Positions 57,174 through 64,000 of a stretch of DNA of 64,000 nt are shown here, in pieces. The position numbers were made by a program, and so were the translations under genes. This DNA is from Dinghuibacter sp. GTDB lineage: Bacteria > Bacteroidota > Bacteroidia > Chitinophagales > Chitinophagaceae. The notes below the pieces were generated by a model. That model was not told where the DNA came from and did not search any database. It saw nothing but the letters and a program-made list of their open reading frames with translations. The first letter of the stretch is position 1. Every line of letters starts with the position of its first letter. The stretch is from contig NZ_DATJIY010000160.1 in assembly GCF_035492835.1 (NCBI RefSeq), forward strand, positions 34,106-98,105, in the 5' to 3' direction.

Positions 57174-59132
57174 ATGAGGTATTGGATTGTATGGATGTTG
57201 CTGCTTGGAGGGACTGCTGTGTCCGCGCAACCGGTACGGTGGTGCCTGACCGGGGATGGCGGCATCCGCTGGACGGTGGGCTCGGGACGTATGCATACCG
57301 ATCACCTCGAAATGGCGGGGAAAGGGATGGCGGTCATCGTTACCTATGGCGTCGACGCGGACGGGGCGTTGGTCTTGTGGCAGCACCTCGTTTTCCCGGG
57401 ACTTCGCATCCTGCCCAATGATACAAGGGGTAGCTACAGCCTGAAGGTGGCGGAGCACGTGGCGGACTCCATCACGGTGGACGGCCGGCCGATCGTCGAG
57501 CGGCCAACGGCTTTTTATATCAAGGGAGTGCTGAGGATCGAGAGCGGGACGCAGACGCCGCTGACAGTACAGCGGACGATCTTTCCTTCGGTGGACAAAA
57601 GGGCCTACCTGGAGCGATACGTACTGACCAACCATGGCGATGCATCCATAAAACTCCATTTGCCGGTGGTGAACACGGACAGCGTCACCGACGCAGCAAA
57701 GGAAGTGCTGGGCCCGTTCATCATTACGCGCCGGAGTTACGATGGCGGAGACTACGACCTGGCGCCCGGAGCCAGTCTGGCTTTTTCATATGTCCTTTCC
57801 GCCAGAAGGTCCTCCGACAATACGTATACCTTTTCCGCCGGCTATGAATTGAAAAGACGCCAGGAGCTGGTCGGCCATGTATTCGACAAGCTCGTCCTTA
57901 GAACACCCAACGACACCATTAACCGCCTTTTCAGCTTCGCCAAGCTGCGGGCGGTGGAGAGTATCTACGACACCAAGGCGGGGTTGATGCACGGCCCCGG
58001 CGGCGGCGAGTACTACGCCGCCCTCTGGGCCAACGACCAGGGTGAGTATTCCAGCCCGTTTTTTCCCTTCCTGGGGAACGCGACGGGGAACGAGGCGGCG
58101 GAGAACACGTACCGGATGTTCGGCGCCTATATGAACGCCGCTTATCGTTCCATCCCGAGCTCGATCGTCGCCGAGGGCGACACCATTTGGGCCGGTGCGG
58201 GAGATCGCGGCGACCAGGCAATGCTCGCCTACGGCGCGGCGCGTTTTGCGCTGGCTTACGGCGACACTATCGAGGCCCGGCGGTTGTGGCCGATGATAAC
58301 GTGGTGTCTGGAATATATAAGACGCAAGCGCAACGGGGAGGGCGTAATCACGAGCGACTCCGACGAATTGGAGGGCCGTTTTCCCTCGGGGAAGATCAAC
58401 CTGTCGACCAACGTGCTTGCCTATGGGGGATTCCTCTACGCGGGGCGGCTCGCCCGGTCGTTTGGCGACAACGGCATGGCGAGGGGACTTGACAAAGAAG
58501 CGGCGCAATTGCGCGCCGCCATCGAAAGATATTTTGGCGCGCGGGTGAGCGGCTACGACACCTATCGCTATTACGACGGCAACACCGTGCTACGCTCATG
58601 GATCTGTATGCCCCTGGTGATGGGCATCTACGAGCGGGCCCCGGAAACAGTCAGGGCCTTGCTGTCACCTTATCTGTGGACAAAGAACGGCATCCTCACG
58701 CAGGAGGGCGATACCACGTTCTGGGACCGTTCCACGCTGTATGCTTTCCGGGGCCTGTTCTGCGCGGGCGCCACGGATACCTGTTACCGGTATTTCGCCT
58801 ACTATACCCGGACCCGGCTGCTGGGAGAACACGTTCCCTATCCGGTGGAGGCCTGGCCGGAAGGGAACCAGCGACACCTGTCGGCGGAGAGCGCCTTGTA
58901 TTGCCGGGTCGTCACCGAAGGCCTTTTCGGGATCGACCCGCTCGGCCTGGGCAGTTTTTCGGTGACACCGCGGTTGCCGGCCGGTTGGTCATCGATGTCG
59001 CTGGATCACATGGCGGCGTTTGGCGCCGACTGGCGGATCGAGGTGCGGGGCCGGCTCGTGACGATCTACCGTAACGGACGACAGGTGCGTCGCACGCTTT
59101 GGGACGGGCGGGCGCCGATCGTCATACGATAA
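57174..59132 (+). CDS. Secreted six-hairpin (alpha/alpha)6 glycosidase-like protein, family unassigned
   Basis: Signal peptide, beta-rich N-terminus, then YYAALWANDQ, SDSDELEGRF and YPVEAWPE in a helical region; PUL context. Confidence 0.65.
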   Translation: MRYWIVWMLLLGGTAVSAQPVRWCLTGDGGIRWTVGSGRMHTDHLEMAGKGMAVIVTYGVDADGALVLWQHLVFPGLRILPNDTRGSYSLKVAEHVADSITVDGRPIVERPTAFYIKGVLRIESGTQTPLTVQRTIFPSVDKRAYLERYVLTNHGDASIKLHLPVVNTDSVTDAAKEVLGPFIITRRSYDGGDYDLAPGASLAFSYVLSARRSSDNTYTFSAGYELKRRQELVGHVFDKLVLRTPNDTINRLFSFAKLRAVESIYDTKAGLMHGPGGGEYYAALWANDQGEYSSPFFPFLGNATGNEAAENTYRMFGAYMNAAYRSIPSSIVAEGDTIWAGAGDRGDQAMLAYGAARFALAYGDTIEARRLWPMITWCLEYIRRKRNGEGVITSDSDELEGRFPSGKINLSTNVLAYGGFLYAGRLARSFGDNGMARGLDKEAAQLRAAIERYFGARVSGYDTYRYYDGNTVLRSWICMPLVMGIYERAPETVRALLSPYLWTKNGILTQEGDTTFWDRSTLYAFRGLFCAGATDTCYRYFAYYTRTRLLGEHVPYPVEAWPEGNQRHLSAESALYCRVVTEGLFGIDPLGLGSFSVTPRLPAGWSSMSLDHMAAFGADWRIEVRGRLVTIYRNGRQVRRTLWDGRAPIVIR

Positions 59133-59137
59133 ACGAT

Positions 59138-60556
59138 ATGAAGAAATATTGCATATTCGCTGTGTGGCTCATGACCGGTGGCGCGGCCGGGGCGCAAGGC
59201 GTGACGTTTGGTGGCTCGGATACCGCCCTCACAAAAGCCTTCGCCTGGGCTAAAGCGCAAGCCCTGCACTACAAAGGCAAACCGGCCGACCCCGTGGGGC
59301 CGTGGTATGAATCGGCGCTGCCACCCCGGGACGCGTTTTGTATGCGGGACGTGTCGCACCAGGCGGTGGGAGGCGCCATCCTCGGTCTGGACGCGGAAAA
59401 CAAAAACATGCTGACGCTCTTCGCGCGCAATATATCCGCATCCAGGGACTGGTGTTCTTATTGGGAAATGAACAAATACGGTGTGCCCGCGCCCGAGGAC
59501 TATCGCAGCGACAAAGAATTCTGGTATAACCTCGACGCCAATTTCGACGTGTTGTGGGCGACCTGCCGGCTAGCGGCCTGGACCGGGGACAGCAGCTATA
59601 TCGATGCGCCCGTATTCAAGCGCTTTCAACAGCAATCGGTGGGGGCGTACATCGACAGCTGGGTATTGCAACCCGACTCGCTGCTGACGCGGCCAGCGCA
59701 CCCCAACGCGCCAACGCCCTTTAACGAGCAGGACGCCTTCGACCGCTGTCGCGGGCTGCCGTCCTATTCCGAGGGGATTCCGAATATGAAGATAGGCGTG
59801 GATCTGGTGGCGGCGCTCTACCGGGGTTTGATGACATATGCCGGGATAGTACGCGGAAAGGAAGCCGCGACATATACGGCGCTCGCGGAACGATACAGGC
59901 AACACCTCGAGCGCGATTGGTGGAGCGACACCCTCGGCCGCTACCACACCTGGTACAGCAACGACGGCCAGTTTGGCCTGGGGGAAGGCGAGACCTTCCT
60001 GCTGTGGTTCGACGCCCTCCACGATACCGCGCGCGCCCGCCGCACCATCGGGCATCTGGCATCCGTACGATGGAATATGGAGAATACCTCCTATCTGCCC
60101 TATCTCTTTTACCGGGAAGGTTTTTGGGACACGGCGCGACGGACGATCCTCTATCTCTCGGACCCCTCCACCGCGCGCCGGGAATACCCCGAGGTATCCT
60201 TTGGCGTCGTGCAGGGGGTCGTGCTGGGATATATGGGTGTGGATGTAGTGCCGGGAACCAGGGTCGTTACCACGGTTTACCGCGGGGAAGGGAACGCATG
60301 GCTGAAGGACCTGCCGGTACTGGGAACGACCCTTGAGGTGCGGCACTTGTCAAAGACCTCGACCGCAATTACAAACACCGGCCACCGGCGTATCATCTGG
60401 AGGGCCGGTTTCAACGGCGCCTACAGGACAGCGGTCGTAAACCGAAAACGCGTGGCGATGAAACAACAAACGGATAAATGGGGCCGGGTGACCTCTTACG
60501 CGGACGTCCCGCTGGAGCCCGGGCAGCAGGCGCTAGTAGGGGATATGCGCCGTTAA
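59138..60556 (+). CDS. Secreted six-hairpin glycosidase-like protein, family unassigned
   Basis: Signal peptide, FCMRDVSHQ and REYPEVSF motifs; PUL context; start at 59138. Confidence 0.6.
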   Translation: MKKYCIFAVWLMTGGAAGAQGVTFGGSDTALTKAFAWAKAQALHYKGKPADPVGPWYESALPPRDAFCMRDVSHQAVGGAILGLDAENKNMLTLFARNISASRDWCSYWEMNKYGVPAPEDYRSDKEFWYNLDANFDVLWATCRLAAWTGDSSYIDAPVFKRFQQQSVGAYIDSWVLQPDSLLTRPAHPNAPTPFNEQDAFDRCRGLPSYSEGIPNMKIGVDLVAALYRGLMTYAGIVRGKEAATYTALAERYRQHLERDWWSDTLGRYHTWYSNDGQFGLGEGETFLLWFDALHDTARARRTIGHLASVRWNMENTSYLPYLFYREGFWDTARRTILYLSDPSTARREYPEVSFGVVQGVVLGYMGVDVVPGTRVVTTVYRGEGNAWLKDLPVLGTTLEVRHLSKTSTAITNTGHRRIIWRAGFNGAYRTAVVNRKRVAMKQQTDKWGRVTSYADVPLEPGQQALVGDMRR

Positions 60557-60587
60557 GGTGCATCCGTGCGAAAACTGTCGTTTTATT

Positions 60588-60953
60588 CTACAAAACGAGT
60601 ATCTGCCGGATGGCGCCCGCCAATTCCTGTTGCAACATCGGTTTGTGGATAAACCAGGCGGCGCCGAGGCGAAAGGCGCGGTCTATATAACCCTTTTCAC
60701 TATGGATACTGATGATCACCACGGGTAGTGCGGGCCATTGTTCCTTTATACTTTGTAGCGCCTCCAGGCCGTTGATGACTGGCATAGTGATATCTGCGAC
60801 CACAAGGTCCCAGTCATGGCTGGTTACCGTCGAAACGAGCTGGAGCCCGTCTTCCACTTCGCCGAATGACGCATCCGGCCAATCATCCCGGATGATTTGG
60901 ATGATGAGTTGCCTCATCGTGGCGTGGTCGTCGGCTATGAGGAATCGAAGCAT
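60588..60953 (-). CDS. Single-domain response regulator (receiver only)
   Basis: LIADDH, DITMPVING and K motif, with no output domain; start at 60953. Confidence 0.88.
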   Translation of the reverse strand: MLRFLIADDHATMRQLIIQIIRDDWPDASFGEVEDGLQLVSTVTSHDWDLVVADITMPVINGLEALQSIKEQWPALPVVIISIHSEKGYIDRAFRLGAAWFIHKPMLQQELAGAIRQILVL

Positions 60954-61057
60954 GCTATTAGAAGGGTTGAAAGTAGCCGGATTTTTTAGTAACGGATAGC
61001 GGCCAAATGCCAGGATATTTGTAGCGGTACCGCCACAAGACACAAAGATAAAAAAAA

Positions 61058-61684
61058 TTATATGAGCTTGTGTTCAATACAATAGCGGGTTAAGTCGGCA
61101 TTGGCATGTACGTGCATCTTTTTCAATACCCTTGCCCGGTAGCTGCTGGCGGTACTGGGGCTGATGCTCAACAGCTCCCCGATCCGGGTCAGCGATTCTC
61201 CCGAAGCCAGCAACCGCATGACGTGGAGCTCCCGGTCGGACAGGGCTTCATGCACCGGTTTTTCATTGTTGGAATATATATCCTCCGCCAGCTTTTCGGC
61301 CAGGGTTGGGGTGATGTATTTCCTGCCGAGCATGATCCAGCGGATCGCCTTTTTGAGCTCGTCGGGGTGGGCGTCCTTGTTGAGGAAACCCGAAGCGCCG
61401 GCTTTCAGGACCCTGGCGCCATAGACTTCCTCCGGGTGGATGCTGAGCACCAGCGTCGGCACCGTCGGAAAGTGTTGCCTGATGTCCTGTATGATTTCGA
61501 GCCCGCTACGACCGGGCATCGACAAATCGCTGATGATCAGGTCCCATTCTCCCAGCAATGCCTTTTTAAAGAGGGTCTCCGCGTCGCTCACCTCGGTCAC
61601 GTCCGCGCTGGGGAAGTCTTCGAGTAAAACGTCTATCAGACCCCGGCGCACGATGGCGTGGTCGTCAGCTATCAGGATGCGCAT
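61058..61684 (-). CDS. NarL/LuxR family response regulator
   Basis: ILIADDHAIVR, DLSMPGRSG and C-terminal HTH (LSDRE..V...LASG...I...LSIS..T...YR.R...K). Confidence 0.93.
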   Translation of the reverse strand: MRILIADDHAIVRRGLIDVLLEDFPSADVTEVSDAETLFKKALLGEWDLIISDLSMPGRSGLEIIQDIRQHFPTVPTLVLSIHPEEVYGARVLKAGASGFLNKDAHPDELKKAIRWIMLGRKYITPTLAEKLAEDIYSNNEKPVHEALSDRELHVMRLLASGESLTRIGELLSISPSTASSYRARVLKKMHVHANADLTRYCIEHKLI

Positions 61685-64000
61685 GTGGTTTCATTTTTTG
61701 GTGAAGAGGTATAGCTATTTCGATGGCTGTGCCCTTTCCTGGTTGTCCCTCGATATCGAACGTGCCGCCGATCATCCGGGTGCGCTCGTCCATTCCCAGA
61801 AGGCCAAGGGTGCGCTTTGTCTTTATATCCGACTTGTTCAGCCCCTTGCCGTTGTCACGGATGCGCAGACAGATGCCCTTGCGGTCCGAATGGAAATCGA
61901 TGTCGACATGGGTCGCCTCCGCGTGCCGGGCGATGTTGGTCAGGGCTTCCTGGAATATCCGGAATAGGTTGGTGGAGATGCGGGGCTCTATCGTTCCCGC
62001 GCGGTCGGTGAACACGGCCTTGACCGCGAGGCCGAAATGTTTCTCGAATTCCTCGACCTGCCACTTCATGGCTTCCACCAGGCCGAGGTCATCCAGGATG
62101 CCGGGGCGCAGACGGGTGGCAATGCGGCGGATCGAGTCTATGCCTTTGCCGACCATATCCGTGATCGACAAGACGAGCTCTCCCATTTCCTTATCCCCGG
62201 CGGCCTTTCTGCCCAACCGGTATAGCGCGAGCTTCACCGCGGTGAGCTGCTGCCCGAGGTCGTCGTGGATGTCCCGGGCTATGGCGGTCCGCTCTTCCTC
62301 ACGGATGTTTTGCAGGTGGGCGGCCAACTCCCGGAGCCGCTCGGTGGTCTCCCGGATGGTCTCCTGCGCACGGACCTTGTCGGAGAAGTCGACGCCCACG
62401 CCCAGCAAACATTGTTCGCCTTCGTAAACAAGGGATTTACCCGTAAAAAAATAGGGTATTTTTTTGCCGGACTTCAGTAAAAAACCGGCTTCCACGCTAT
62501 CCTCCCCGCTCACGAAGACGTTCTCGATCTTGGCGCGCAGGAGTTCCTGTTCTCCCTCGTCAAAAAAGTTGAGGGGATGCAGCCGCCTCATTTCCTCCGG
62601 GCTATAGCCGGTAACCTTTTCAAAATTCGTGTTCCAGCGGATAAACCGGCCTTCCAGGTTGTACAGGTAAAATACGCCGGGCAGGCTGTTGATGATGGAA
62701 TCGGACAGATTCCGTTCACCCGCTATCTTTTGCTCGGCCGTCTTCAATTCCGTTATATCCGTGATCGTGCCCACGTATCCGACCACCTCTCCCGCCGCGT
62801 CCAATTCGGGAACGGCCTGCCCCAAAACCCAGGAGACCTTGCCATCCGGGTGCAAAAAACGGTAGGCTGTCCGGGAGGGCGTTTTCGTGGTATGCGCTTC
62901 TTGCCACGCCCAGTCCAGCGACGCGCGATCCTCCGGGTGCACGGCTTCCAGCCATCCCCATTGCAGGGCCTTGTCCGCGGGCATCCCCGCGATGGCGCAC
63001 CAGCGGGGGTTGACATAGGTGGTGGATCCCTCCGCGTCGGTGTGGAAGACGCCGACCGGGGAGGTCTCCGCCAGGGTTTGGTAGCTGCGCTCGCTTTTTA
63101 TCAGGGCGGCTTCGGCGTCCTTGCGGCGCTCTTCGCGTTCCATGACGCCCAGCGCAAAAGAAATGTCGGTGGCCACGTCGTCGAGCAGACCGACCTCTTC
63201 GGTATCGAAAAAGTTCCTGATGTCGGCGTAGAGGGAAAATAACCCGATGACCTTCCCCGATCGCCGTATGGGTAGGCCGATGGAGGAATAGAAACCCCTG
63301 CTCAATGCTGCTTCGCGCCAGGGCGCCATTTCCGGCGCTGCTTCGATGTCGTTGCAGATATAATGAGCGCCCTCCCGGATCGTGCGGCCGCCGGGGCCGA
63401 GGTTTTCCATGGGCCCGGTTATAGGGACCGCCTTTATCCTGGACAAATAGTCCTCTTCCGCTCCCGCGTGCACAACGGGAACGATGTACTCATTCCTTTC
63501 GTCGACCAACCCGACCCAGGCCAGCCGGAAGCTCCCGGCCTCCACGGCGATGCGACAAGCTTCGGCATACAGTGCGCGCTCGTCGGTGGACTTTACGATG
63601 GTCTGGTTGATCTGGCTGATGAAACGGTAGAGCCGGTTGATCTTGACGAGCTTTTCTTCGTATTTTTTTCTTTCGGTGATGTCCTGCAGGTTGACGATGA
63701 GCCCCCGGATGTCGGGGTCCTGGAGCCTGTTGGTCACCGTGCCTTCGAGCCAGATGTAGTGCCCCTTTTTGTGTAGCATGCAGGATGCCAGCGGGACGGC
63801 GGCGCCCGGGTTATCGAGGGCCCTGGCAAACGCGTTTTTTACTTCATCGACCCGCTCGGGGTGCAACAGGGACTCGGGCATTTCTTTCAGCTCGTCATTA
63901 GCCCAGCCCGTTATCCGCTCTGCGGAAGCGCTCCTGAACAAAACGTGCAGGTTTTCGTCCAGGAGCGCGATAAATCCCTGGTGGTTTTCAACCAACGCGC
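61665..64000 (-). CDS. PAS/GAF sensor histidine kinase, NarX/UhpB-type HisKA_3 (5' partial)
   Basis: Several PAS/PAC repeats, a GAF domain, EERTAIARDIHDDLGQ.L, EALTNIARH, DNGKG and GGTF; frame is open at the window end. Confidence 0.93.
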   Translation of the reverse strand, partial: ALVENHQGFIALLDENLHVLFRSASAERITGWANDELKEMPESLLHPERVDEVKNAFARALDNPGAAVPLASCMLHKKGHYIWLEGTVTNRLQDPDIRGLIVNLQDITERKKYEEKLVKINRLYRFISQINQTIVKSTDERALYAEACRIAVEAGSFRLAWVGLVDERNEYIVPVVHAGAEEDYLSRIKAVPITGPMENLGPGGRTIREGAHYICNDIEAAPEMAPWREAALSRGFYSSIGLPIRRSGKVIGLFSLYADIRNFFDTEEVGLLDDVATDISFALGVMEREERRKDAEAALIKSERSYQTLAETSPVGVFHTDAEGSTTYVNPRWCAIAGMPADKALQWGWLEAVHPEDRASLDWAWQEAHTTKTPSRTAYRFLHPDGKVSWVLGQAVPELDAAGEVVGYVGTITDITELKTAEQKIAGERNLSDSIINSLPGVFYLYNLEGRFIRWNTNFEKVTGYSPEEMRRLHPLNFFDEGEQELLRAKIENVFVSGEDSVEAGFLLKSGKKIPYFFTGKSLVYEGEQCLLGVGVDFSDKVRAQETIRETTERLRELAAHLQNIREEERTAIARDIHDDLGQQLTAVKLALYRLGRKAAGDKEMGELVLSITDMVGKGIDSIRRIATRLRPGILDDLGLVEAMKWQVEEFEKHFGLAVKAVFTDRAGTIEPRISTNLFRIFQEALTNIARHAEATHVDIDFHSDRKGICLRIRDNGKGLNKSDIKTKRTLGLLGMDERTRMIGGTFDIEGQPGKGTAIEIAIPLHQKMKPHAHPDS

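Noticed and set aside
1-64000. CRISPR arrays, tRNA/rRNA genes, IS elements, integrases, prophage or defence genes
   Set aside because: No regularly spaced repeat-spacer array, cloverleaf, rRNA-like tract or transposase/integrase/phage motif was seen by eye

Overview
Gene-dense, high-GC chromosomal window from a Bacteroidota genome (Chitinophagaceae-like, judged from SusC/SusD pairs, a hybrid two-component system and TAnnTTTG-type -7 promoter elements). I found no rRNA, tRNA, CRISPR array, transposase or phage gene. Main blocks: an imuA-imuB-dnaE2 mutagenesis cassette with a perfect operator-like palindrome; an ApbE-DUF2271 fusion plus PepSY-TM protein (flavinylation module); an EXPERA/EBP-like membrane protein coupled to an SDR; two LytS/LytTR pairs, one facing a serine hydrolase-M28 peptidase fusion; PUL 1 (HTCS, SusC, SusD, GH5-GH35 fusion); a redox/stress cluster with Crp and AraC regulators; PUL 2 (SusC, SusD, GntR, Na+/solute symporter, two uncharacterised (alpha/alpha)6-like enzymes); and a PAS/GAF kinase with two response regulators. 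The strongest sequence-level signals are regulatory: an SOS-like palindrome at imuA, a 19-bp motif repeated at two PUL 2 promoters, a 24-bp palindrome made of back-to-back -7 elements, and a Crp/Fnr-like palindrome at about -41.5. All product calls come from motif recognition by eye, with no database searches. Several starts were moved to downstream ATGs relative to the ORF track.
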